Shown in pieces: positions 10,901 through 19,864 of a stretch of DNA of 64,000 nt (position 1 is its first letter; every line of letters begins with the position of its first letter). The notes beneath the pieces were generated by a model. The model searched no databases. It saw only the letters and a program-made list of their open reading frames with translations, and was not told the DNA's origin. This DNA comes from a candidate division TM6 bacterium GW2011_GWF2_38_10 (lineage in GTDB: Bacteria; Babelota; Babeliae; Babelales; RVW-14), in NCBI GenBank assembly GCA_000992305.1, contig LBTY01000002.1, forward strand, positions 37,490 to 101,489, written 5' to 3'. The position numbers were made by a program, and so were the translations under genes.

Positions 10901-12271
10901 TTCCATTGCAGCTTGATTTGGAACATCTCCAGGTTTGAGCTTGCTATAAAGATCTTTTAATGCATCTTCATAGGTTGAAATAGGATCTTGAGCAAAGGTT
11001 AATGCTAAGGATGGTTGGAATGTATAACCCGCCGATTGTATAATTTTAAATGATGAACAACTGGTAAGAATAATATCAAGGACATCTTCTGTGATAATGG
11101 TTCCTTGTGATGCAACTACTTCTCCTGTTGTTTTATCGATAATATCTTGAGCCAATACTTTATTGATAAGTGCTGCTTTACGTACAAAAAGTGATGTTAC
11201 GTTAGCCTTTTTAATTTTGTCCAAGGTAACTTTGGTAAAGCGTTGGCCAATGGTAAATTGAGCTTCAATTTCTTTAGGAAGGGCCTCAGCTTCAAGTCGT
11301 TGACCAATTAATGATTCATTGATTGGTTTGACAAATTTGCCACCTTTAATGTCAATGGTTTCAAAATCATAAAAAAGCGACAAGAGAGATCGTTTTTCAA
11401 TGCCAAGGGCCTGTAAAAAAGTTGTTGCGAGAATTTTCTTTTTCTTATCTATGCGTACATAGAGTATGTCATTATGATCAAACTCAAAATCGAGCCATGA
11501 TCCACGGCTTGGAATAATACGTGCGATATGATATGGTTGTCCGCGAAAATCTTTGGTTTTTTTACTTAATGTAAAAATAACGCCAGGGGCGCGATGTATT
11601 TGGCTCACAACAACACGGTCAACGCCATTAATGACGAAAATACCCTGGCTGCCAAGTTTAAATAAACCATTTGAGTCTTCATGCAAATCAACCATTACGG
11701 GGAGATCGCAGAAAAATACATCTTGTTCTTTAATATCACGAATTACACGAGTTTCGGTTTCTTGGTCGATATCCCATGTAATTAATTGTAATTTGACTTT
11801 TAATGGCATTGTATATGACTGGCCACTGTAACGGCAAGCGTCTACAGGTGCCGGAACTTTTATACTAACGCGAGAAAAACATTTTTTACAATGAGTATAT
11901 GAGGCAGTCGGTTTACCACAGTGTGGGCACGTATTATTGTTGAGCGAGTTGAATCCACTTTTTTTGCAAGAAGTACAGCTCCATTTATATCTGTTTTGAA
12001 TGCCTGTAGTTTGACCACAAATGCAAGACCATTCGCCCAATTCATAATTGACGTATTCAAGCGAAATCTTTTCATTATGCTTTATTGGAAAGGTGTCTCT
12101 AAACACTTTTTCCAATCCTATGTTTCTTCGCTCAGAAGGCAGGCAGTCCAGTTGTACAAAATTATTGAATGACTTTGATTGAATTTCTATAAGATTGGGC
12201 AGCGAAACAACTTCTTTTATCTTACTAAACGACTTCCTTATAACTCCCTTACCTCTTCCAATGTGAGACAT
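7991..12271 (-). CDS. rpoB: RNA polymerase beta subunit with Cys-rich N-terminal insert
   Basis: GQLSQFMDQTNP, GDKVAGRHGNKG, GGQRLGEME motifs. Confidence 0.99.
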   Translation of the reverse strand: MSHIGRGKGVIRKSFSKIKEVVSLPNLIEIQSKSFNNFVQLDCLPSERRNIGLEKVFRDTFPIKHNEKISLEYVNYELGEWSCICGQTTGIQNRYKWSCTSCKKSGFNSLNNNTCPHCGKPTASYTHCKKCFSRVSIKVPAPVDACRYSGQSYTMPLKVKLQLITWDIDQETETRVIRDIKEQDVFFCDLPVMVDLHEDSNGLFKLGSQGIFVINGVDRVVVSQIHRAPGVIFTLSKKTKDFRGQPYHIARIIPSRGSWLDFEFDHNDILYVRIDKKKKILATTFLQALGIEKRSLLSLFYDFETIDIKGGKFVKPINESLIGQRLEAEALPKEIEAQFTIGQRFTKVTLDKIKKANVTSLFVRKAALINKVLAQDIIDKTTGEVVASQGTIITEDVLDIILTSCSSFKIIQSAGYTFQPSLALTFAQDPISTYEDALKDLYSKLKPGDVPNQAAMEEYIQSLFFNPRMYDLTIVGRIRTNRKLGLNVSEDITHLTKEDIIATVKYLVMLKERGEGELDDIDHLGNRGIRLVGELLQSQLYIGFARLERIVKERFRLQENYVALMPYDFLNVKPLAAVLREFFGTGQLSQFMDQTNPLAEMAHKRRLSALGPGGITRERVTFEVRDVHTSHYGRICPIETPEGQNIGLISSLSTYAKVNELGFIETPYRPVKNGVVQDEVLYLDAFQEQGETIAQAAIPLDKNNKIATEKVLARKNGNILLVDSSTITYVDASPRQIFSVPTALIPFLEHDDANRALMGSNMQRQSVPLIRCTAPMVGTGMELEVGSLEGAVIKAKEGGRVEYVSSDKIIIRIDDASATQDSWFAKPIEIYNLKKFGRSSHNTWIHYNPIVRVGDVVERGDVIADGAATKNGELALGNDVLVAFMPWQGYNFEDSVLMSKRLVADDVFTSVHVEEFIVEARETKLGAEEITRDIPNVSEKELAALDDDGVVKIGTRVKPGDILTGKVTLKGDIQVSPEEKLLRAIFGEKSREIRDTSLRVPPGIEGTVVDVKIFSRSGIRKDKRYKEYVQKETATIEELHEFHIHILRQGMKDKVLAILAAGKIKGASDKDQLEKLLDLITKDKDIDAQIAHYKEIYNNQIHVLNALKEDRISQLRKGDELPSGVIKMIKVYVANKRRISVGDKVAGRHGNKGVVSRILNLEDMPYLESGQPVDIVLNPLGIPGRMNLGQLLETIMGMAGEKLGREFAQKIVDQSYDEIKKQLIAFYDSELIKTLEKTYGKDEVLELAKQTAQKGVAIKTPIFAGADYHKEIQPLLKSLDLPVNGMYRLFDGRTGEQFDQPVTVGKIYMMKLNHLADDKLHARSVGPYSLITQQPLGGKAQFGGQRLGEMEVWALYAYGAAYTLQEMLTLKSDDTNGRIKAYESIVRGDEVPEAGVPESFNVLVKELQSLGLEVDLIKTSKEQFGE

Positions 12272-12341
12272 TCAAGCGCTCCTACCCTAAAAAAAGACTA
12301 ATTTTTTACCAGACTTGCATCATGTTATTAATGCATAAAGA

Positions 12342-12393
12342 CAAAAACGGGAGCCCGTTTTAAATGCACTAAGGCACTTAAAACGGTATCCCC
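12342..12393 (-). terminator. Imperfect hairpin, probable terminator/attenuator between rplL and rpoB
   Basis: GGGA..CCGTTT(TT)AA..TGC pairs with GCA..TTAAACGG..TCCC; followed by TTTTG on the minus strand. Confidence 0.45.
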
Positions 12394-12419
12394 TGTAAAT
12401 TTCATTATGCAATAATGAA

Positions 12420-12797
12420 TTAAGAAAGCTCGACTTTTGCGCCAGCTTCTTCAAGTGTCTTTTTGATTTTTTGAGCTTCATCTTTTGGTGCTGATTCTGC
12501 AACAACAAAAGGAGTTCCTTCAACTGCTTCTTTGGCTGCACCAAGAGAAAGAGTTGAAACGGTTCTCAATGCTTTAATAACTTTAATTTTATCTGAACCG
12601 GCGTCTTTCATGGTCACTTTGTATTCACTTTTTTCTTCAGCTGCTGGAGCTGCTGCCGCCGCCGCTGGAGCTGCTGCTACTGCTACAGGTGCTGCTGCTG
12701 AAACACCAAACTTTTCTTCTAAAGCTTTTACCAATTCTGCAAGTTCCATAACGGACAATTTGCTGATTTCATCAACAATTTTTACTGTGGCTGACAT
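12420..12797 (-). CDS. rplL: 50S ribosomal protein L7/L12
   Basis: [29 protein letters not shown]. Confidence 0.99.
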   Translation of the reverse strand: MSATVKIVDEISKLSVMELAELVKALEEKFGVSAAAPVAVAAAPAAAAAAPAAEEKSEYKVTMKDAGSDKIKVIKALRTVSTLSLGAAKEAVEGTPFVVAESAPKDEAQKIKKTLEEAGAKVELS

Positions 12798-12944
12798 AGA
12801 AATAACTCCCTATATTGTAAAAAATAACTTAACTTTATTTGTTTTTATTATGTAATAACACTAATAATCCATTGTACACGCAATTTTAGTATACTCTAGA
12901 TTTCAAAAAAGGTTTCTAGAGTATACCATAAAAAGCATATTCAG

Positions 12945-13460
12945 CTACTGTTTTTCTGCAATTTGTTTAATAGCATACACAGGTTTACAAAGAATTTGAT
13001 TAAGTGCAACCGCCAAGCCTTTAATAGGCGCTTGGATAGTAGCAGCAACTTGAGCCAACAATACCTCTCTTGATGGAAGTGATGCAAGTGTTGAAATATC
13101 TGTTGTGCTTAAAACTTTTGATTCAAAAAATCCAGATAGTATTTTTAATGATTCATTGTTTTTTGAAAATTCAGAAAGCTTTTTTGCTACCGAAGGAACA
13201 TCATTTTTTGCAAAAACAATGCCCACTTGGTCTTTAAGTAATTCTTTGAATGATGTAATGCCATCAAGGTCGCTTACTGCTATTCTGATGAGACTTGCTT
13301 TTGTAATTTTAAAAGAACCATCTGCTTCTCTAAGATTTTTTCTCAAATCTTGGAGCTTAGCAACATCAAGTCCTTTGTAGTGTACAAGGAATGCAGCTTG
13401 TGCATCAGAGAACATTTGTCTAAATTGCGATATAGCAACTTCCTTTTGTTGACGATTCAT
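12945..13460 (-). CDS. rplJ: 50S ribosomal protein L10
   Basis: YKGLDV..LRKNLR, LASLPSREVLLAQ; position between rplA and rplL. Confidence 0.96.
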   Translation of the reverse strand: MNRQQKEVAISQFRQMFSDAQAAFLVHYKGLDVAKLQDLRKNLREADGSFKITKASLIRIAVSDLDGITSFKELLKDQVGIVFAKNDVPSVAKKLSEFSKNNESLKILSGFFESKVLSTTDISTLASLPSREVLLAQVAATIQAPIKGLAVALNQILCKPVYAIKQIAEKQ

Positions 13461-13490
13461 CTTAAAATTCCTTCTGTTTATTGGTCTTTA

Positions 13491-14183
13491 TTAAGGCATT
13501 TCATCAGGATTTAAGACAATCCCAACACCCATTGTTGATGAGGCAACAAGCTTTTTGAGATATTTACCCTTAGAGGTTCCAGGCTTGCTGGATTGAATGG
13601 CTTTTACAAGAGCCTTCAAGTTTTCTAAAAGTTTATCCGCGCCAAAAGAAACTTTGCCAAATGGGGCATGGACAATTCCTGTTTTATCGTTTCTGAAAGA
13701 TACACGACCTTTTTTAAGGTCTGAAACTATTTCAGCGACGTCAAACGTGACTGTGCCAACTTTCTTATTGGGGAGGAGTCCTCGAGGACCTAATATTTTT
13801 GCCACTTTACCCACAAGACCCATCATATCAGGCGTTGCGACGGCTGCTTCGAAATCAGACCATCCGCCTTCAATCTTTTCAACAAGATCTTCTGCTCCAA
13901 CAAAATCAGCACCAGCCTTTTTTGCCGCTTCTTCATGTTCACCTTTAGCAAACACGAGAACGCGAACTTTTTTACCTGTGCCATGAGGGAGTAGAACTGA
14001 ACCTCTAACCGTTTGTTCACCCTTGGAAGCATCAATGCCTAAAACAACATCAACGTCGACTGATTCATCAAACTTTGTGTGTGCATTTTTTACGATAAAA
14101 TCTAATGCTGACTTCCATGTCGTAACATCGGTAGTGGTGAGCTTTTCTTGTACCTTTACGTGTTTTTTTCCTGCCTTACTCAT
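13491..14183 (-). CDS. rplA: 50S ribosomal protein L1
   Basis: KFDESVD, LPHGTGK, LGPRGLLPN, SSTMG. Confidence 0.99.
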   Translation of the reverse strand: MSKAGKKHVKVQEKLTTTDVTTWKSALDFIVKNAHTKFDESVDVDVVLGIDASKGEQTVRGSVLLPHGTGKKVRVLVFAKGEHEEAAKKAGADFVGAEDLVEKIEGGWSDFEAAVATPDMMGLVGKVAKILGPRGLLPNKKVGTVTFDVAEIVSDLKKGRVSFRNDKTGIVHAPFGKVSFGADKLLENLKALVKAIQSSKPGTSKGKYLKKLVASSTMGVGIVLNPDEMP

Positions 14184-14246
14184 TGCTTTTATCCACCGTT
14201 AACGAACTTGTATTTTCAACTTTACCTAACATAAACCATGTGCAAA

Positions 14247-14672
14247 TTAATCTACTACCAAAAGCCCCATGCTACGAGCGCTACCAGCAATAATTTTTTT
14301 TGCGGCTTCAATATCGCAAGCATTCAAATCTGGCATTTTTACTTTTGCAATCTCTTCAATGTCTTTTATCTTAATTGTTCCGCATTGTTCCTTACCAGGA
14401 TTTTTGGCACCAGATTTGATATTTGCGCGTTTTTTTAGCAATTCTGTTACCGGCGGTGTTTTGAGTGTAAAATCAAATGTTTTGTCGGTATAAATATTGA
14501 TCAAAACAGGTACTGTTTCACCTTTACGGCTTGCAGTTGCGGCATTGAATTTTTTGCAAAAATCCATGATGTTTACCCCATGTTGACCCAAAGAAGATCC
14601 AACAGGAGGAGCTGGCGTAGCGCTAGCTGCTTGAATTTGAAGCTTTAGCGTTGCTTTTATTTTTTTTGACAT
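14247..14672 (-). CDS. rplK: 50S ribosomal protein L11
   Basis: ATPAPPVG, FCKKFNA, IAGSARSMG. Confidence 0.99.
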   Translation of the reverse strand: MSKKIKATLKLQIQAASATPAPPVGSSLGQHGVNIMDFCKKFNAATASRKGETVPVLINIYTDKTFDFTLKTPPVTELLKKRANIKSGAKNPGKEQCGTIKIKDIEEIAKVKMPDLNACDIEAAKKIIAGSARSMGLLVVD

Positions 14673-14705
14673 ATGACCACCTACTTAATGTGTCGTTTTT
14701 ACTTT

Positions 14706-15224
14706 TTACTTTTTAACTTGATCAAAACCTAATTCGACGGGGGTTAAGCGCCCAAAAATACTTACCATAACCGTTAGGCGTTCTTTTTCTTTATCAACTT
14801 TTTCAATAATACCTACAAAGCCAGAAAAAGGTCCACCGCTTATGTGTACCTCGTTGCCTGCTGCAAAGGTTGTTTTTTCGTCTGATACAACGAGCTTGCC
14901 TTCCATCTGAGCAAAAATACGCTCAACTTCTTTTTGGGATAGGGGAGCTGGGCTTTCGCCACCAAGAAATCTAGAGATACGAGGATTGGATGCCACAAGT
15001 CTAAAAGTATCGCCAGTCATTTCCATGTTGATGAGTAGGTACCCTGGAAAAATTTTTTCTTTCTTGTTTTTGTTTTCAGTAAAAAAGCTCATAACCTCAC
15101 CGGCAGGAACTAAGATTTCTCCAAACAATTCCTGCAAGCCCTCTTCCTGGATCCTTTTTTCCAAATCAACTTTTACAAGATCTTCAAAGCCTGTAAAAAC
15201 TTGTACTACATACCAACGTTTCAT
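14706..15224 (-). CDS. nusG: Transcription factor NusG
   Basis: WYVVQV, FPGYLL, KOW GPFSGFVG, IFGRLTPVEL. Confidence 0.98.
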   Translation of the reverse strand: MKRWYVVQVFTGFEDLVKVDLEKRIQEEGLQELFGEILVPAGEVMSFFTENKNKKEKIFPGYLLINMEMTGDTFRLVASNPRISRFLGGESPAPLSQKEVERIFAQMEGKLVVSDEKTTFAAGNEVHISGGPFSGFVGIIEKVDKEKERLTVMVSIFGRLTPVELGFDQVKK

Positions 15225-15273
15225 CGTTTCATTTCACCTGTTTTAGACAACGCTTATTGAGTTGCGGTTGTGC

Positions 15274-15456
15274 TTAACCAACAATGTTTTTTATTAAAAG
15301 AGTAAAAACCGCATCCATTGCACCGAGGATGGCGGCAAATATAATAACAAGAATACAAACAACAGTTGTTGCTCCAACAAGCTCATCGCGTGTCGGCCAA
15401 GAAACTCTTTTGAGTTCCGCTCTTACCTCGTTGACAAAGCCCATGATTTTACTCAT
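15274..15456 (-). CDS. secE: Preprotein translocase SecE
   Basis: ELKRVSWPTR plus single TM helix, upstream of nusG. Confidence 0.96.
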   Translation of the reverse strand: MSKIMGFVNEVRAELKRVSWPTRDELVGATTVVCILVIIFAAILGAMDAVFTLLIKNIVG

Positions 15457-15487
15457 ATCAACATCCTAACAATAAACATACGGATTT

Positions 15488-15564
15488 TGGCAGGCCAGGA
15501 GGGATTCGAACCCCCAACCCGCAGATTTGGAGTCTGCCGCTCTACCAATTAGAGCTACTGGCCC
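15488..15564 (-). tRNA. tRNA-Trp(CCA)
   Basis: GGGCCAG..GCAGA-CTCCAAA-TCTGC..GGTTCGAATCC..GCCA. Confidence 0.96.
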
Positions 15565-15569
15565 GCGGT

Positions 15570-15728
15570 TTACTTCGTTTCTTTATGAGCAACGTGTTTT
15601 CTGCATTTTCCGCAGTATTTGCTCAAATTTAATTTGCCATACGCTCTTTTTTTAGACACGCGTTTATTGTAGTTTCTCAAACCACATTCTTCGCATGCTA
15701 AGTGTATGATAATTCTATTTTTTGCCAT
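15570..15728 (-). CDS. rpmG: 50S ribosomal protein L33 (Zn-binding C+ form), 52 aa, below ORF-track cutoff
   Basis: Manual translation MAKNRIIIHLACEECGLRNYNKRVSKKRAYGKLNLSKYCGKCRKHVAHKETK. Confidence 0.96.
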   Translation of the reverse strand: MAKNRIIIHLACEECGLRNYNKRVSKKRAYGKLNLSKYCGKCRKHVAHKETK

Positions 15729-15762
15729 AATATTAACTCTCGTGTGTTTTTTAGTTCTTTAA

Positions 15763-15838
15763 TGGAGCCCGCGACCGGAATTGAACCGGTGACCTTTCCC
15801 TTACCATGGGAATGCTCTACCAACTGAGCTACGTGGGC
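15763..15838 (-). tRNA. tRNA-Thr(GGT)
   Basis: TTCCC-ATGGTAA-GGGAA anticodon arm, CCA end. Confidence 0.95.
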
Positions 15839-15944
15839 TCAATATACGTCTCATTCTTAATTTTAAGCCCGTTGTCACTATAAAATAGATATGGTGACAT
15901 GTGCTAGTATAGCGATCGCGCCAAATTTGAAAAGAAAAAACATA

Positions 15945-15976
15945 AAAAAATCACCTGTATTTCAAGGTGTATTTTT
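15945..15976 (-). terminator. Probable terminator after tRNA-Thr(TGT)
   Basis: Minus strand CACCT-TGAAATAC-AGGTG then ATTTTTTT. Confidence 0.55.
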
Positions 15977-15977
15977 A

Positions 15978-16053
15978 TGGAGCTGGCAACTGGACTTGAA
16001 CCAGCGACCTGCTGATTACAAATCAGCTGCTCTACCAACTGAGCTATGCCAGC
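15978..16053 (-). tRNA. tRNA-Thr(TGT)
   Basis: CTGAT-TTGTAA-TCAG anticodon arm, CCA end. Confidence 0.96.
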
Positions 16054-16069
16054 ACACTTTTCTTTTAAC

Positions 16070-16146
16070 TGGAGCGGGAAACGGGGCTCGAACCCGCAAC
16101 CTACAGCTTGGAAGGCTGTCGCTCTAGCCAATTGAGCTATTCCCGC
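16070..16146 (-). tRNA. tRNA-Gly(TCC)
   Basis: GCGGGAA stem, CAGC-CTTCCAA-GCTG, TCCA end. Confidence 0.96.
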
Positions 16147-16206
16147 AATTATGGCTGCACCGATTAAGTGCATTGTGTTTTTTTTAATGTAGATGTGCAA
16201 CTTAAA

Positions 16207-16291
16207 TGGTGGGGAGAGTAGGATTCGAACCTACGAAGGCTGTGCCAACGGATTTACAGTCCGTCCCCTTTGGCCGCTCGGGAATCTCCCC
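16207..16291 (-). tRNA. tRNA-Tyr(GTA)
   Basis: ACGGA-CTGTAAA-TCCGT, long variable arm, ACCA end. Confidence 0.96.
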
Positions 16292-16422
16292 TCTAATGCC
16301 ATTTTGGCTAATTATTTTGTGTAAGTCAAAGTTCTTTATACTTGCTATAGGTGAAACGTACCTAAAAGGATAGAGGGTTTATCAAAGATTTCAACTTTTT
16401 TTTACGTTTTTTTAAAAAAATA

Positions 16423-16866
16423 TTAAATAGATGGGGTTTTTATAGTAAAAAAGCGTGCATTTGGTTCGTCGATTATGTGAGAAATGATTATTTGCAAGGT
16501 GTTTAGCATATGTGGTTTTTGGGAGAGAAGCGGGGCAATGATTTCGGGCCACTCTATAAAGCTAATGCTGTTGGGTTGAACGATATATTCATCAAAGCCA
16601 GCATCAAAAAATTCATCGATGCTTGAAAGTCTATAGAGATCAAAATGATGAATAGTCAAGTTATTGGGGGTTGTGTACGTTTTAACATATCCAAATGTTG
16701 GGCTTGTTACTGCTTGTTTGATGCCCAGCGTTTTCATAATTTTTCCCATGAGTGTTGTTTTGCCTGCTCCAAGATCTCCTGAGAGTGTTATGATCGAATA
16801 ATGTTTGGTCAGTGGAATGATGATATTTTTTATAAAAGTATCTAATTGATTTTTATATATTTTCAT
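16423..16866 (-). CDS. tsaE: t6A biosynthesis ATPase TsaE
   Basis: GDLGAGKTT, SPTF, HFDLYRL, IEW. Confidence 0.96.
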   Translation of the reverse strand: MKIYKNQLDTFIKNIIIPLTKHYSIITLSGDLGAGKTTLMGKIMKTLGIKQAVTSPTFGYVKTYTTPNNLTIHHFDLYRLSSIDEFFDAGFDEYIVQPNSISFIEWPEIIAPLLSQKPHMLNTLQIIISHIIDEPNARFFTIKTPSI

Positions 16867-16905
16867 TGATGGCTTGGGATGTGTGGTTACATTAAATCTG
16901 ATTAA

Positions 16906-17559
16906 TTAATACAATTTTTTTATTGTAGTATATATTTTTTTTTCTTTTTTGGATAGTGCAGGACTTTTTTTGTGTATCGTTGATGATGGCGCTTGCTCTT
17001 GGTATTTTTCAGGAGGGATGGAAAGACTTGCTTGTTCCATAAGAAGATCAAGCCCTTGTTGGTCGATGCTTTGTGGCATGGCGTCTAAGTATTCAGTGTC
17101 TTGGGTGGTATATTTTTGGATTGTTGGGGATTGCGTGGGGAGGGGTATGTGATGGCCTGTTGTTATGTTATTGAGTATAACCGATTGCATGATGATGTAA
17201 AAAGCTTCGCTTTCTAGTGTGGCAATTGTTTGTCGTTTGCAGAGTTCAATGAGTTTGCGATCCATGGTTACCAGGGTTATTTCTTCTTGCTTTTTGCGTT
17301 GGACAAAATCGATAATCCAATCATCGGCGCTTTGTTTTTTACCTGAAAAAATGACGGTAATTGAGTGTTTTATTTCCCGCGTTGCGTGGTTAAAAAGTCC
17401 TCCATCAAAAACGATAATTATTTCTTTGAGTTTTGAATCCTTTTTTTTGTTGTAAAGACCAAGTTCTTGGATGAATAAATTGCGTTGTTTTTCAAGTGGG
17501 CCTTTTATGTGCGGGTAAATAAGTTTTAGTACATTATAGCCATCGATAAGGAGGATCAT
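16906..17559 (-). CDS. NYN/YacP (Rae1-like) PIN-fold ribonuclease
   Basis: IDGYN, IVFDG, SADDWI, VTMDRKL motifs. Confidence 0.88.
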   Translation of the reverse strand: MILLIDGYNVLKLIYPHIKGPLEKQRNLFIQELGLYNKKKDSKLKEIIIVFDGGLFNHATREIKHSITVIFSGKKQSADDWIIDFVQRKKQEEITLVTMDRKLIELCKRQTIATLESEAFYIIMQSVILNNITTGHHIPLPTQSPTIQKYTTQDTEYLDAMPQSIDQQGLDLLMEQASLSIPPEKYQEQAPSSTIHKKSPALSKKEKKIYTTIKKLY

Positions 17560-17664
17560 TTCTTTGGGCCCTTAGGGTTATATGGTAGATCATTGTTTAT
17601 TTTTTTAAATTGCGTTAGGCTTGGTGTTGTTATCTTAACTTAACTGTTTTTGGCAGAGGGTATT

Positions 17665-18555
17665 ATGTCTCAACTTGCTCATCTTAGACAAAAAATAAGG
17701 TCTATTCAAACCACTAAAAAGGTTACTCATGCAATACGCTTGGTGTCAATGTCTTTATATGGAAAACTTGAAAAACAAGCAAATCATTTGCATTATTACA
17801 CAAAAACGGTGCGCAGTTTCTTTTTTGAGCATTTATGCCAGATTGCGTCATGGAAGCATCCAGTTCTTATGCCGGAGCATGAAGAGCGTGGACGACGCCT
17901 TGTTGTTCTTGTTGCAACATCACGTGGTCTTTGTGGCAGTTTGAATACTAATTTATTTCGTCATTTTTCTGAGCATATTTTGCCTTCTTTGGATCTTGAG
18001 CGTTGTTCTTTTATTACGGTTGGTGCTAAGGCATATAAATTTGTAAAAGAGCAGTTGCATCAAGAGGTTTCATTTAATTATCAAGAGCTTAATTCAAATA
18101 ATTTTATTACGATAGCTGATGCTTTATTGGAGAAAATCATACATGCCCAAAATCCTTATGCTGCTGTTTCTTTTGTAACAACAGAGCGAAAATCTTTTTT
18201 TTGCCAGATGCCAAAAGCGACGCAATTAATCCCTTTTAAAGCCCCTCTTATGGGTGAGCAGGTTGGTGAGGGGCAATGCGCTACGCATGGTGCTGGGGCT
18301 CTTATTTGGGAGCAATCTGCCGAAAAAATTTTGGATAGTTTGGCAATTGGGTATGTGCGAAGTTCTATTATAGAAATTTTATTTCAGGCTTTATTATCTG
18401 AGTATGCGGCGCGCTTTCTTGCTATGGATGGGTCCACCACTAATGCTGAAAAATATTTAGAACGCCTAACGTTACAGTATAATAAAGCCCGTCAAGCAGC
18501 AATTACCAAAGAGGTTTCAGAGCTTACCTCGGGCTTTATAGGAAATGGCTCATAA
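17665..18555 (+). CDS. atpG: ATP synthase F1 gamma subunit (stand-alone)
   Basis: KIRSIQTTKKVT, RGLCGSLN, SEYAARFLAM, YNKARQAAITKE. Confidence 0.95.
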   Translation: MSQLAHLRQKIRSIQTTKKVTHAIRLVSMSLYGKLEKQANHLHYYTKTVRSFFFEHLCQIASWKHPVLMPEHEERGRRLVVLVATSRGLCGSLNTNLFRHFSEHILPSLDLERCSFITVGAKAYKFVKEQLHQEVSFNYQELNSNNFITIADALLEKIIHAQNPYAAVSFVTTERKSFFCQMPKATQLIPFKAPLMGEQVGEGQCATHGAGALIWEQSAEKILDSLAIGYVRSSIIEILFQALLSEYAARFLAMDGSTTNAEKYLERLTLQYNKARQAAITKEVSELTSGFIGNGS

Positions 18556-18556
18556 G

Positions 18557-19864
18557 TTATTGTTGAATGATTTCTTCGATTAGTGCGCCCATTGCTGCTA
18601 ATTTTTCTTCTAATTTTTCGTATCCTCGTCGCCAATGATGAATGCCTGTCATTTTTGTTTGACCTTGAGCTACTAGACCGGCAAGAACAAGGGCACAAGA
18701 TGCTCGGATGTCAGTTGCGATGACATCTGCACCGTAAAGGGATTCAACACCTCGAATGGTTGCTTTTTGTTGATCATGTTGTGTAATTTGAGCACCCATT
18801 TTCTGAAGCTCTTTAACGTGTAAAAGGCGGTTTTCAAACACCGTTTCTTCAATCGTGCTTGTTCCAGATGTTACGCAGAGCATAGCCATGGTTGGAGCTT
18901 GAAGGTCGGTTGGGAAGCAGGGATACGGGCCTGTTTTAAAAGGAATAGCAATTGGATTTTGTGTTGCCGTTAGTTGTATGCCTTGGTGAGGGTATTGTAA
19001 TGTTTTATTTGTTCCCGTTTTTATATTGTGTCCCATTGCGGATAATTTATCTAAAAAAACATCCATATGATCAGCTCGTGCTTGTGGTAGATGTACACTT
19101 CCTTTTGTTATTGCTGCGGCTAAGAGGAGCGCGCCTGCTTCAAGTCGGTCTGGAATAATGCGATGGCTAATGGGTTGAAGTTTTTCAACGGCTTTTATTT
19201 CTATTACTTGTCCTTCTTTGCAGGTTATTTGAGCACCCATTTTAGTAAGGCATTCTATAAGATCAAGAACTTCGGGTTCGATGGCTGCATTGATAATTTC
19301 AGTTGTGCCTTTGCCGATTGCTGCGAACATCATGATATTTTCTGTAGCCCCAACGCTTGGATATTCAAGGATAAAACGTGTGTAGACAGGTCGCTCTGCA
19401 TATGGTTTGAGGGTAATGTTAACACTTGTTTCTTGAGTGTCAACAAGGGCACCCATTTTCTTAAATCCTTGAATATGGTAATCTATTGGTCGAGCACCCA
19501 AAAGGCATCCTCCAGGGAATGCGACTTTGGCTTTTCCAAAACGTCCTAGGAGTGGTCCAACGGCTAGAATTGAGGCGCGCATTTTATTCATTATGTCGGG
19601 CTTTACCTCGTAGGCATTGAGTGCTGTGGTGTCGATGGTTAGTTTATTATTATGGTGGTCAAAATGTACCAGGGCTCCAAGGTCTTTGAGCAGGATAATC
19701 ATGTGCATAACATCGGCAGATTGTGGAACATTTTCAAGTACAGATACTCCATTGGTGAGTATTACCGATGCCATAATGACCAAAACGGCATTTTTTGCGC
19801 CAACTAATTGGACAGTTCCATGGAGCGGCGGGGATTGTTTTACAAGAAGATAGTGTTGTGACAT
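18557..19864 (-). CDS. murA: UDP-N-acetylglucosamine 1-carboxyvinyltransferase
   Basis: GAKNA, PGGCLLGARP (catalytic Cys), FPTDLQ, ETVFENR. Confidence 0.98.
   Translation of the reverse strand: MSQHYLLVKQSPPLHGTVQLVGAKNAVLVIMASVILTNGVSVLENVPQSADVMHMIILLKDLGALVHFDHHNNKLTIDTTALNAYEVKPDIMNKMRASILAVGPLLGRFGKAKVAFPGGCLLGARPIDYHIQGFKKMGALVDTQETSVNITLKPYAERPVYTRFILEYPSVGATENIMMFAAIGKGTTEIINAAIEPEVLDLIECLTKMGAQITCKEGQVIEIKAVEKLQPISHRIIPDRLEAGALLLAAAITKGSVHLPQARADHMDVFLDKLSAMGHNIKTGTNKTLQYPHQGIQLTATQNPIAIPFKTGPYPCFPTDLQAPTMAMLCVTSGTSTIEETVFENRLLHVKELQKMGAQITQHDQQKATIRGVESLYGADVIATDIRASCALVLAGLVAQGQTKMTGIHHWRRGYEKLEEKLAAMGALIEEIIQQ

Noticed and set aside
15891..16200. ORFs 15891-16127(+) and 15904-16200(-)
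   Set aside because: Shadow translations of tRNA genes
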